DNA of 63,907 bases, the filler included, from Circinaria calcarea (Eukaryota): the NCBI GenBank assembly GCA_051942165.1. It is 9 parts of 9 records of this genome, joined end to end, with 100 filler letters (N's around TTAATTAATTAA, not from the genome) between each part and the next. Parts side by side here need not be neighbours in the genome. Positions count along the whole stretch, not along the records: positions 7,133 to 14,154 come from JAVECS010001429.1; positions 14,255 to 21,271 come from JAVECS010001430.1; positions 21,372 to 28,388 come from JAVECS010001431.1; 6 more parts are not named here. The stretch is one strand, 5' to 3'. Numbering within the stretch: the stretch's first letter is position 1; the number at the start of each line of letters is the position of its first letter. Below the pieces are notes generated by a model, which worked only from the letters and a program-made list of their open reading frames with translations, had not been told where the DNA came from and did no database searches. The translations under genes and the position numbers were made by a program. Shown piece after piece: positions 11,964 to 24,292 of this stretch.

Positions 11964-13066
11964 AGGGAATTCACCTTGGATGGGCTATTGGTTGAGAAAT
12001 ACTGATTCCAGATCCAGAAATCCAACGACATCTTAGAATTGGGGGACAGTTGCCGCTTCAGAAATTGAATTCTGGGTTCATCAGGCTGAACAACTGACAA
12101 GGCGCCAAAGTCAGCTGAAAAGACCATCAAGTTGATTGGCTCCATGCAGTCTGCACTGTCAAGGATGCACTCTTCGAAGGATTCGATGAAGGACGTCACT
12201 ATCACGTGACGAACTTGGGAGCCTGAAATGACTACCTGCCAGATTTCTAAATCCTGTGCACCACAAACAAGCTTTTGAGCTATGCAGGATTACTCGAGAG
12301 CTATCACTCAGGCGACTCGATAAGGTCTTAGCTTGTATGGCCGAGCATGGTGTCAGGTATGTGACTTTAAAATGCCTCGTCTTCCTGGTAGACTCTACAT
12401 CTGCAGCACCAAGCAAGCTGTATCAATCCAGATGATCAGATCATGGAGAATCCGTATCCCATCAATTCACGTTTCCCGGTCGAATGCCGCAAACCACCTA
12501 GCAACGGCATTTCACTACTCCCAGTCAATGCTGGTAAGTATGCTGACAACTTGAGATGGCGTTGGGAAATTGAAGTTGTTAGCCCGTATGGCAGATGCCA
12601 AAGCATCTTGCTGCTCCGCTAGGTCAACTTTATGAGCTACCATCGCTTTGACGCTACCCCTCTCAGTTGCTTCAAATGACTGTCGTCGGATATCGGTGCC
12701 CGTGCTAGTTCGCTTGGTAAGAGAAACTTGACATCTCTTGATCCCGCCTCCATTCTGCCAACCTTATCTCCTGCTCACCGCCTCTGTACTACCCTTTTGA
12801 CTGATTTCTCTGGCCATTGTTGAATGGTCGATGCTTGTCCTTGTTGGTTTACACCGTGGCAGCTTTCAATAGCAATTCTGTAAGTAAGAGACCGTTTCTA
12901 AAGCTTTGACACATATCATTACCTAACCTCAGTTCACCACTCGACCAGGGTGACCTGATGATCGAGGCGATGGATACTTGTTACGATAAGGATTCAGACT
13001 AATAGCCTGTTTAATATGATCAACCGAACAGTCATTGAAAACGTAGAACCGTTAATGGCTGACTCA

Positions 13067-14129
13067 TCACTGTCTTCTGTCCCGTCGTGCAGTACTTTCT
13101 CTCGCACTTCGCTTCCGCGCCTGTTTGTCTTCGATAACCTCTTCCTTGACTTCTCCTCTCCTGAACATAACTTTTTTAGGCCAATTCTTGGCAATGTCAA
13201 TGTTTGCTCGTGGAGCCCACATCTCCAGGAAGACCAAAAGTAGATAGTCGATGACAACGCAGAGACAGAACAGCTTCCCTGCCCAGATTCCACATCCGTA
13301 ATACCTTTTTAGTCGATCAATTAAGGCGAAGCTTTGGACGCCCGCCCTTCCCCTAGTGGCGGACCAACCTCCCCCTGAATGATCTCCATAGAACTCTTCT
13401 TCGCTTAAGGCTCCGATAATTCCATCATACACTCTTTCCGTGCGCCTTGCAACATCTGTCCAGGAATACATCATCTTGACTTGGTCGTGGAATCGTTCGG
13501 TTCGAATCCTGTTTGCACGGAGTGCTGCGATAGCTTTACCTGTAGCTGCTACAAGATCGTCCTCTTCCGGCTTGGCAAAAGTCGTCATGTGTTGTGGAAG
13601 TACTTCAGGTATACCACCAACCCGTGTACACACGACATAGAGCCCACAGCTTGCAGCCTCCACAATCACGGTACCGAACGCCTCGGTGAGGCTGGGGTGT
13701 AGGTAAATGTGACCGCGTACCATAACGTCCCGAACCTCCTCGTGTCTGACAGGCCCTAGCATCTCAACTCTATCCTGTAGTACTCTACGCTCCAGCATCT
13801 GCTCCAAATCGATAGCTTTGGGTCCGGACCCTGCGATAATAAAGCGCACATTGGGATCACTTGCTAAAATACGGGGGATAGCTGCTATGACCAGATCCGT
13901 CCCTTTGTTGTAGAATAGCCTTGAGATGACGACAATGGTGATTATGTCGTGTGGAACTAGGTGCCGAGGTAGAGGTAGCGGAGGATGAGCGTCTCTGGAT
14001 GGAGCTCCATGTAAATCTTTTCTACTTGGATCATACGATAATGGTCTGAAATTCTCTGCAACAACGGCGTTTGGAATGACAGAATCCATGAAAGGATCCA
14101 GGGATGCACGCAAAACAGTGTTCTCCTTA
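13067..14129 (-). CDS. GPI3: Phosphatidylinositol N-acetylglucosaminyltransferase catalytic subunit (PIG-A/Gpi3/Spt14), last exon; 5' part missing
   Basis: KENTVLRASL..., ISRLFYNKGTDL, GHIYLHPSLTEAFGTVIVEAASCGL (GT4 ExxxxxxxE motif), C-terminal TM YYGCGIWAGKLF. An intron acceptor (CTGAC...TATAG) lies at about 14130. Confidence 0.95.
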
Positions 14130-14154
14130 CTATAGAGCACTGTCAGTCAATAAG

Positions 14155-14254
14155 NNNNNNNNNNNNNNNNNNNNNNNNNNNNNNNNNNNNNNNNNNNNTT
14201 AATTAATTAANNNNNNNNNNNNNNNNNNNNNNNNNNNNNNNNNNNNNNNNNNNN
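14155..14254. other. Artificial contig spacer
   Basis: 44 N + TTAATTAATTAA + 44 N. Confidence 0.98.
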
Positions 14255-15294
14255 GGCGATTTGCGAGTAATGGTCGTAGAAGTTGCTGTCGGTTGTTCCG
14301 ACCAGGGTGGCGGGAATAGCGTCGCCCAGGAGGATGCCGGTGATGCGGTTGGGGGCGGTGTAAGTTTCGGATTCGTCGAAGGTGATGAGGACGAGAGTTC
14401 GTTGCATGAAGTTGGGGTTCTTGAGGAGGGGGGTGATGAAGTTGCGCACCCAGGAGCCGGCGTATGTACCGGATGTGTCGTGGCCGTCGTTGGCTGTGAT
14501 ATAATTTTAAGCCTCTGGAGGGTGAAGAGCATTCGCGGATTAAAGGACTTACTCATGTTTGGTGTGATAAACATCCACTGGGGAAGCTTGTTTGCATTGA
14601 GGTCTTTGTAGAACATTGTAAAGTTCTTGAGCTTGGCAAGGCGATCGGTGTTGTCGGCTACAGAATTGTATATTACAGCCGGGTTGTGCTTACGAACGTA
14701 GTCGTTGGCTTTGGTCTGCTGGTTTACATAGGCATTACCCTCGAAGCCTGAGTAAGGGAGATCTTCTTGGTATTCACTCCAGCTGACGCCTTTGTCCTCG
14801 AGAAGATCAATGACGGTGGAGATGTTGGCGGGGACTTGGTTGAAGTTGTCGTTGTCCATACCAAAGGTTTCGCCGCTGATTGATGCCGCATAATTGGGCT
14901 CGCTCGGATGGGTGACACCACTAGAAGGTTACATTAGTCGACTGTTTCTAAGGGTGGGACCTTCAAGTGGCTTGACGTACTAATTGTTCGAGAGGAGGAT
15001 CCCCTGCTTGGCCAGGTAGGCTAGGTTTGCTGCGGAAATGTGTCAGTTACAGTAATGAAACATCATCTGAAGAAGTGCTGGCATACGGTCGTTAACAGCC
15101 GAGCTATAGTCGGTGTTCTCCAGCCAGATGATGGCAATCCGATCAAAAGCTTTGCCTAGGACCTGGCTCGTCGGGCTTAAGGTCTTAGCGGTTGCACGAG
15201 CGGCGGCCACGGCAGCGGTCCCTGTTGCAGTATATTGATTCTGCGCAGCAACACCGACCGCCAGCGCCACTGCGAGACTGAGTATGGACCGCAT
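14255..15294 (-). CDS. Secreted acid phosphatase (phosphoesterase family, phosphate-repressible type), 3'-truncated, 3 introns
   Basis: Signal peptide MRSILSLAVALAVGVAA; motifs IWLENTDY, THPSEPNY, YVRKHNP, QWMFITPNM/NDGHDT, LITFDESE. Confidence 0.92.
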
Positions 15295-16354
15295 TATTGG
15301 TGAGAGACACTGACGCGAGCAAGAAAGCGGGTGAAAAGCCCCGTGAGAAAAGGGGAATTTTACGTCTAGATGTTTAAAGATCGTTGGATAGAAGGGAAGT
15401 CTTGAATGTAGCGAGAGAAGAGGAAATATATATACATCCGCCACGAGAACTCTGCAGCATAGTAGCTGGATCCTGTATGAAATCGTTCATATCGACTCAA
15501 TCCACCACTTACCAAATCTATCGGAAGACCGGGTTCATCGGGGAGATCACCACCTGTAGGGGCCCACATCTATCCAGCTCCCGCGACTATCGTTTAGCTC
15601 GGAAAAGGCTTGTTCTCGTGCATGTGGTGTGAAGGAGGTGTTTGATTCGTGTACGGAGTAGAGATGTCAAGTGGAAGGTGGGGTGAAATCAACATCAAGG
15701 GCGGTTTGAGAAGCAAAGCCACCTCCCTCATAGAGCTTATTTCCGCCGAGCACCTCTCGCTTAGAGCCGCTAGTAACTCCAACTACTTGTCCTGCATCTT
15801 CAACGGTCTTCCAGACACCAGAATGATCATCCAGCGGACTCCTTAGGCTAATATTGATGAGGTATTACTCTGCTTAGGAACATGTCCGATTGGCTCCGGG
15901 TTTTGCGTGTCCAAATTCTCCTTACTATTAAGTCTAATCTCCGTGTGACAGCGAATCGGATCATTGCGCAGTAACAACACCATGACTAACGTTTTGACCA
16001 CAACAAAGAATGAGCACGGGCAAAGGTGTCCATATGATCGTGGACTCCTAGTCGGTAAATGAGCATTCTATGCGCAGCCTCTCTTTATTGGGAACGACAA
16101 TAAAGACGAAGAATGCCATAAGCCAATGCACAGCATACCAGCTCAAAAGCTATCTGGGGGTTAACCTCCAGAAAAGATGTCATGGTTCAAAGATAGCATT
16201 TCTGTCTGCACTTCCTCCTCTGGGCTCTCTTGCTCTTCATGCCACAAACTTGGTTTGACCAATTTTCTCGAGCTGGGCGTGATGGATTTCAACGCCTAAG
16301 GATTTCTAGGTTTCAGTCTTCGCTTTGACGTTCACCATCATCATTCATGAAGAC

Positions 16355-16984
16355 TTACGAGAGAAATTCACTCCAAGGTTCGAATCGAGGTCTCTTCGAC
16401 GGCATGTTCCGGTCAAGAAAGCTGTTCCATGCGTGGAGTAATTCGCGTTTGTGCCATGCCGACGCACCATGAAGATTCTCGATGCCCTTGATCATGGGAT
16501 CAGACACTGCAAGCATAAAGACCCTCTCAACCTTGTGTCCTGATTCCAGGTTGGGTAGCTCCATCCAAGACTTGACAACAGTATCCAACTCCGGGTCCCA
16601 CAGGACACCAAAGCCATACTTAGCCAATATCTCCCCGAATATAATGTAGGTTTCTGCGCGGCCACTCTGGTGATTTTCCTTGACTCTTTCAACCGCGTTC
16701 TTGAAACTGTTTATTTCATCTTTCGTGGCCTCCTTGCGGAGGAAGGTCGAGTAATGTTCAAAATCGATGAAAGCGCATAGTTGAGCTACCTCCTTGCTGG
16801 GTGGGAAAAGATCTAGATAATGCATCTTCAAAGGGAGCTGGACGGAAACGTATTTTTGACTTGAGACAAGCGGGAACCTGGAGGAGACATCAATAAAAAT
16901 TCATCGGATGGGAACTAATTAAGAACCTTTGAGTGATGGTGCAGGTTTTCTGAACAGGTAGGTAATGGTCAAACAGACAGTCCT
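16355..16984 (-). CDS. Hypothetical protein or gene relic (158-aa terminal exon; upstream exons unresolved)
   Basis: The ORF at 16355-16831 has globular composition and is preceded by a plausible intron (about 16879-16927) that joins DCLFDHYLPVQKTCTITQR in frame. Further upstream I could not find phase-consistent splice sites. Confidence 0.4.
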
Positions 16985-18050
16985 AGGCGTACCTCGACAG
17001 AAGTCAGCAATCTGGAGCAGACATCGATGAAGAATTATCTTATGGAGCTATAATACCTGTCACTGTGGTGCCCTCTTCGTCCAAGAGGTTGGTGTTGGCA
17101 AGATAGGTTGTCAGGTGTAACTTGGTAGTGACAGCAAGTGGATTTCTGTGTGAAGAAGATGCTCTCTTTAGCTTACCGTCAAGCACACTCGCAGTTCAAA
17201 GTTTGACGGAGCAGTTATTTGCTAACTGCGTTGCCTAAAACAACTGGACGGAGCTAATCTCTCTTTGACCGTACCGTCAAACTCCCCCCTCAACGACATC
17301 ATCAAGATTGACACCTCCCCGTTTTCATGTTTTCTTACTTAGCTACCTACCTCTTGCCGGACAATGACCAGCACTGCTCCCACCTTCATCTTCTATCTCC
17401 TCCCCGCTCATCCTTCTCCTTCAATAGCTACATATATATTGAGTAGTAGGTAGGCCTTCGTTTCGTCTCTCTATCAGCCCCCATCCCCACACTAGAGCGG
17501 AAAGAAAAGGCTTCTTTTCGTCTGCTTCGAAGAGCGATACAACGTACAACGTATGATACCGAACAATTGTAACCATATATCCAGAGGAGAAAAAATTCCC
17601 CCAATTTACGCCGATTGTATAAAATTCTCAACCGCTTACCAATAATAACTATAATATTAATAGCTTTTAATATTAATATTTAGTTTCGATTAACTGTCAG
17701 GAAATTCAAAAACAAAATAGGGGCTCAACAATTAAACTGGTGCTTCGAAGGCCGATGGCGATCCTGATAAGTAGCATGCATAGAAGATGTGGAGAGTGAG
17801 GCCGCAAGCTGCATCCAATTGATATGCTTGGTATCTGACACGGTAGGCATATATGCAAAAGAATTACATGCGAGGTACATGCGAACTGCGTCCACGGGGT
17901 ATGATTTAATTAAAAAGACGAACTAAGATTGCCGGACCTAACCACGGCTGTCCCAGCTCCCAAAGATCTCTGCACATCATAGCTACCATGAACTTTATCC
18001 AGCTTCACTATTCTATTCCCTACTCTAGACTATGCCGGAACTGCCTTACT

Positions 18051-21000
18051 TCATGCCGCGATCCACTCCCTCACCCACTTCCTCACCCACTCGGACTTGA
18101 TCCCCCCCTCCAGTGCTCGAAGCTTCGAACTGCGCCTCTCCGTCTTTTCCGTCTCGAGTTCATTTGCCCGACCCTCCTCCCTGCACAACGACTCGTAGAA
18201 TCCTAGTAGCTTGACTGCCGGGTTCACCAGGAGGTAGGCTTCGAGCGCGCCGTCGGCAAGAGCAACGTGGGTACCTGCCCTGAACTCGCTGTCCTGGCGG
18301 ACTCTGTCGATCCAAGAGCGGAGGGGGATAACCTCCAAAGACTTGCCCCTAAGGGAAGAGAGCTCGGTAGTCACGACTGGTCGCACAGCATCCCAAGTGG
18401 TATGAACGGGGTTCAGAGGGTGAAAGATGTGAAACCGTCGTGGCAGAGGATCTGTGTCTGCCTGGCTGCTGGACGACCCGTTTTGCTGCGGCTGTTGATC
18501 CGTACCCAGCGCCAGCTCGACAAGGATGTCCGCCAGCAGATCAATCGGCGCCCAGTCAATCTTGCCCAGACTTGAGCCGAGCGAATCCGGGACGGCACCT
18601 AGGTTGAAGGAACTAATGACCAAGCTCGGGAACCACTCGACCCTGTTCCACAGTCCAACATGCTTGACCGCGCCAGCGATCTGGCCAACGCGAGCGATGG
18701 ACGCTTCGATGGATAGTTTTCGTGCTGCATAATGGAGAAGTTGCTCAGATAAATATTTACTTTCCGCATAACCGTTTGGACTTGGTGCGGAGTCCGCAAC
18801 GACGATTTCCTCTGGAGTTCGGAGCGAGGTGGTGCGGTACGAGAGCACCGAGCTAATTGAAGAAATAAAGAATAGACGGGGTGACAAAGCGGCGGTAGCG
18901 GTAAAATTGATCAGGTTGATGATCCCGTCAAGTTGCGGGCGGAAGGAAGAAAGAGAGAGATTAAAGTTCACGGGCCAGGCGTTGTGGATCACGAGAGATG
19001 CTACCTTGAGTAGCTTCGTATAGCGTTCGTGCTGGAGACCCAGCTGCGCCTTGGACAGATCGGCCGTAAGAAAAGTAACTCGGGCTGAGTCAAACTCCGA
19101 AGGCAGTCCACGAGCTTGGTTTCTCTCGGTATGCAAAGAATGACTGTCGCTTCCCCTATTCAAGCAGTAAACGTGGGTCACTTCCGGGATGGCGAGAAGG
19201 GCATCTAGAATATATGATCCAAGCGCACCGGTAGAGCCGGTCAGAATGATACTGTGACCAGGTGCCTGTTTGGTGATCATGGATGTTATGGTCATTCGAT
19301 CAATCTGTTCCTGGTATTCCTCTAGCATATCGCTCCTTACTTGATACCGTGCTTGCTCATTGTATGTTTGCAAGACTTGATGCTGTTTCGAAAGGTTAAG
19401 AATAGCATCCGTAAGCATAGATATGGAAGGATTCATATAAATCGTGCTTAAAGCTAAATTGGGTATCTTCAAACCTTGCTTCAACCTCCTTACTGCCATG
19501 AGAGCTTGTAGTGAATCTAGTCCGAGCATAAAGAAGTTGTCAGCATCGTCGAAGTCTTGCCATTTGGTAGCGCATGAGATGCTTTCTTTAACAAATTTTG
19601 ATACCAAATGTATATCATTAACGCTGATAGAATCTCGAAAATCTGCTCCACTATCTTCAGCGGATACAATTCTTGCTTCGTCGTAGAGGGCATCAATCTC
19701 TTTCTCATATAATTTTAAAGTTCCCGCTCTTTGAACAGTACCTTTGCCAGCACGTAGCATGGGTTTCTGCGGCTGGGTGAATAAGATGTGAGATTTTACA
19801 ATTCGAGCATGCGCCGGACAGACTTGATTGGCTTCCTCGATAGTTGGCCAAATGCTCTCAATGAAAGCTGCACGTTCAGTCGTAGATAGTTCTTTATCAG
19901 CAACTATAGGTTCAATTAGAAGAGCGGCCTGAAAACGCTGAGCACCTGTGACCAATACAGCTGCGACTCCGAGATTACGTGAAACAATGTACTGCTCCAT
20001 GGAGATTGGATTTGTCTTCTCTCCGTTTAGGAATACGATAATGTCGTCCGCTCTGGCATGCCATTTCCAAAACCCGGGCCTGTCTTCCTGTGGATGGCGG
20101 ACAAAAAGATCCCGGGATGCGTATTCCTGCTGGTCGGGGAAAAGAGTAAAGGTAGGCTGCTGTTCTTTCCTTTTCAGGTCTGACACAATGCACAATTCGT
20201 ATGTGTCATTAATGATAGGGTGAAATTCAACGCCAATATCGTGGTGAAACTGGACATATTTCCAGTCTTTAGAGTCCCATTTCCCTTTCGGCCAGATAAG
20301 AGCTGACAAGCCTAATTCGGAGGCTCCAAACTGGTTCACTAGCCTTATTTTTGATGCAACTATGTCGCCAATCAATTGAGGAAGGTCGCCTCCGCAGTAG
20401 ATGATCATTTCAAGGTTCTTGGAGCAGTGATCTAAAAGCTCCGCGTCTTGACTCAGCTCCTGCACGATTGACGGGACGATGAAGGCAATATCTGCAGGTG
20501 TTCTTTTCAGACTTTCAACAAGGCCTTTGGCTGACGGGATGTTCCCTGAGGTAGGAGCAATCAAGATAGTTCCAAACGGTATTGCATTGAACAAGTGGCT
20601 AACAATTGATGCACCCTATAGAAATTTTAGTACAAACCTAAGTTTTCGACATGCTTTGGCATTGTACGATGCGTGTTACACCTACATGAAAAGGAGGAAA
20701 TGTCATGAAAACCCTCTTGCCCTCGTACATCCGATTTATACTATCGAAGCCTGAAGGTGGATCCAATGAAATCATCTTCATGTTCCTGGCTCCAGTATCG
20801 TGAGTGTACACGAGCGGTTTCGGAAAGCCTGTGGATCCTGAAGTATGACTGCTGGTGTTAGCAGTTTCGGCAATCGTAGAAATTGCAACGCCTTACACAA
20901 CAAAAAGAGGTTCCGAAAACGCCTCCTCGAAGGTTTTGTTGAAGGGAAAATGTGGACATTGTTTGCTAAGTAACTCCTCTACACTTGGGACTTCACATGT

Positions 21001-21271
21001 GCGGAGCTCAAGAGTAGCAAGAATCGCCAAAACGGGCGGAGGACGCGGCTTTGGTGATAGCATGGTTTTACACTTGAGCTTATCGAATAGGTTCATTTGA
21101 GCGGCGACACTGTTGCGCGGCGAAGTAAGAAAGAGCTACCGTTGATGAGTATCTTCGTTTACTAATGTGCCGATGAATTCACGCACCAAGTAGCCCACTT
21201 TGACAGCCGCCAGGATTAAGGCAGGGTATCTTAAGTCATTCGGACCTATGTATGCCAATACCTCGAAGTCT
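18051..21271 (-). CDS. NRPS-like adenylation-thiolation-reductase (A-T-R, carboxylic-acid-reductase-like) enzyme, 5'-truncated
   Basis: A domain: HTSGSTGFPKP (across an intron), FGASE, RDLF, RADDIIVFLNGEK, RAGKGTVQR. PCP serine in FFMLGLDSL. SDR-type R domain: ILTGSTGALGS, HNAWPVNF, GYAESK, RVGQIAG. Confidence 0.95.
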
Positions 21272-21371
21272 NNNNNNNNNNNNNNNNNNNNNNNNNNNNN
21301 NNNNNNNNNNNNNNNTTAATTAATTAANNNNNNNNNNNNNNNNNNNNNNNNNNNNNNNNNNNNNNNNNNNN
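21272..21371. other. Artificial contig spacer
   Basis: 44 N + TTAATTAATTAA + 44 N. Confidence 0.98.
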
Positions 21372-21506
21372 TAAAAAGATGGAAATAAGGAAGGTATCAG
21401 CCATAAAGCATGGCCTTTATGTCTGTCTTGGTGTACCGTCGTTGTGGCCATTTCTTGAACGTCTATGGGTAAGATAGAAGAACCGACTTGAGTACGAATC
21501 AGTGTC

Positions 21507-24292
21507 CTAGTAGCGATGATGATCGCTGAGCTGAGCTTCACGTGCTTCACCTTGACGCTGTAGAGGATGAGTATCTGAATTGGTGGCCGAGGCTTTCACC
21601 AATTTGATTTCATGGTCGAAAATCTTGTGGCCATCGAAGGTCATCATGACTTTGTTCGCTGCAATAGCATCAATGAAGTCAAGATGGAATTTTCCTGGGC
21701 TGATGTTGGTACATTGTGTAGAACTGACAAAGATCTTACGAAGGTCCTCAGCCTTTAGAAGAGGGGAAACGTTACTGACGAGAAGGCGTCGGCCCATATA
21801 GCTGGGGCCAGCCTTGCCATAGCTCTTCCCATCAACGACACTCAGTGTAGAAGGTCCTGAAGATTCAGGTACCGTCAAACTTTGATTGTGGCTATTGTGT
21901 GGCACTTTTGGCTTTTGGTTCAGCATTGGCGAGTCGTGCGCAACCCTCACCTTGTTCCTCTTGATCGTTGCACCATCATATGTCGATATCGCACTTGTAA
22001 CATCGTTTGAACCCGCACAGTTCACAACGTATTCTCCGACAGCAGGCAGGGCCTGCACCAATGTGACCGCATAGGCTCGGAAAAGATCTTTGATATTTTG
22101 AACAGTCCAGTCCGCGGGAAAGTTACTGAGATGCATAGCACAACCACGAGTGTTGGAACCGCTCCCACACGATTCTCTTAAGGAATCGCTAACTCCAACA
22201 TGATCGACATCTTTTGGAGCGTCGCTGTTCCTAGGAAGACATACTGTACTATGAACCCTAGTCTCTAGTGTTCGATGTTCAGTGGAAGGAGCTTTGGATA
22301 TAGACACACGTCTCTTTTTATTTAGATGAGTCGCCCCAACCCTTGCTCTTTTACCAACCTCCGCTTCTGAAGATGAATACGATCGCTTTCGGCGGCGGAT
22401 CTCACGGCTAGCTGAAGTTTGTTGTCGAGATTTGCTGGCTTTCTTCATCTCCAAAACCTTCGGATCTGCAAGGATTGGTGACTGCTTGAGGTCAGTAGCC
22501 CCAGAACGGGCAGCCTTGATGGTAGCAAACAGTTGCGCCTTGATCCCGTCTCGTGTAAGGCCACGCGCTTTGGCCTCTTCGCGCAGCTCGTCTCTGTTCA
22601 TCTTATTAATATCCTTGAGTTTATCACTCGGGATAGATACCGGTGGTCTATCGGCGTTACTTGCAATCTGTGCACGGTGGGATAGTGCGGTGATATGAGG
22701 TGGAATAGCTACGACGTTAGTACGATGCTGATCTTGGCCGCTGGATGCCGGTTGATTCTTTAGACTATGACCAGTGGAAGGCGTCTCTGAAAAGGAATCC
22801 CCAGACCTCTCTCTGTAGTCTGCATCCATATCTTCCATGATGTCCTCTTCGCTAGAATTTTCCTGGTTGTACCGCACCGAACTTCCTCGACGACGAGAAT
22901 GAGACACGGGAGTTGACAGAACTTTAGCAGTGGTGTTCTTGCTTGATTCAGTAGACTTCGAAGACAGACGACGTTTACCAGCTGCTTTTGAAGATAGGCG
23001 GCGATCAATGGCTGCTTTTGCTTTTTGATTGGCCAATTCGATCGCTTCGTCTGCGATCTTCTTAGCGATTTGGGCCGCATAGCGTTTCTTAGCCTCTTGT
23101 ATCTCGGCCTCGCGCTGTAAAGGATCGTCATGGAGTTCTGGTGGGATGATCGCTGTATTGTTTTTTAGGGCTTCGAAACGATCACGGCAGGCATTCTTCG
23201 AGTATTGAGTATTCGGCATGGCGGCTTTAAGCTTTCTTGCAACAATGTCCCACTTTTCTTCATCTGCTTCCCGCTTCATACGCTGGACGACTTGATCAGC
23301 TGCGTCGATTGCCTGCAACAAGCCTTGGTCCTGTTAAAGTTTAGCGATACAAAAGGCAGAAACATAGACATTGACTTACATCGGCTACTAGCCAGTTAGC
23401 AAACCCGGCATCCAGCTCCTTGTCCTTCCTGGCAGCCAGGGCAATGCGAAGACGTTTCCACCGAGAGCCAATGGTCTTTTGGTTGTAATTGACACGTCCT
23501 GCAGCTTTAAGGGTATCTGAAATTTCCCTGTCGGTTCGACCATCCTGTTTCATTCGAACAAGGATTTCATCGTCGGAGTTCAAGTCGGCAGAAACTTTCC
23601 TAGCCACAGCACAACGACCGCCTGAAACCTTTACATTCCGGTAATTGCTGGTAGGAACCCCCAAATCTGGATCAATCTATAAGAGTGATCATTAGTATTA
23701 TGCTTATTAAGATGCTTACGTAGATGGCTTTTATTAGTGGGTCAATTCACAATAGGCTGGGCACCATGATGACATGGAGACTGACACGCTTGTAGTACTG
23801 GAGGCCGTCGAAACGCGTAGAGGAAGCCCGCGCAGTCAAAACGTGTAGGGAAGGCTATAACCACACATACACTGTAGGAACGAGGGGTGTTAAGGAAAAG
23901 GAGAGTTTCAACGCGCTGACTTGCCTCCGATTTGAGTTCCGCGTCATGATTGCCTGAGGCGTCTGTCAAGGAGTCATCAGACTCCTCTTCGTCTTGTTGC
24001 ACAAGCATCGGTGGCTTAGCCAGTATGCTATGCGCAGGGCGTCCAACACATTGTTGGGCCTCTAATAGAGGAGTGTCAGTAAGTAAGCAGGAGGGACTTA
24101 AACTTGTCTAATGCTATCTTAAATTGTACAAGTTGAAGGCGAGGATCAACCGTTTTTATGCAGGAGGCCGCCGTAGGGTATTAACTTACTAGCAGGGTAG
24201 AGGGTGCCATCGAGTTTTTGATGCGCAAAAACCAGTGTTCCTGGCTCGCCTAATGGCACCTGCTGGGTACGGTTCTTGCGCCCTTTGGGCAT
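21507..24292 (-). CDS. Putative nucleic-acid-binding protein: Myb/SANT-like helical region + SAP motif + two degenerate RRMs (start exon tentative)
   Basis: DDEILVRMKQDG...KTIGSRWKRLR and KWDIVARKL...YSKNACRDRFEAL (SANT-like) are joined by an intron at about 23331-23378. SAP-like motif KMNRDELREEAKARGLTRDGIKAQLFATI. RRM-like segments MHLSNFPADWTVQNIKDLF...YDGATIKRNKVRV and LLVSNVSP...FDGHKIFDHEIKL. Candidate ATG at 24292 (MPKGRKNR) followed by a GTAAGT intron. Confidence 0.7.

Noticed and set aside
13495..13515. GGTTCGAATCC tRNA T-loop-like motif
   Set aside because: It lies inside the GPI3 coding exon, with no cloverleaf or A-box around it.
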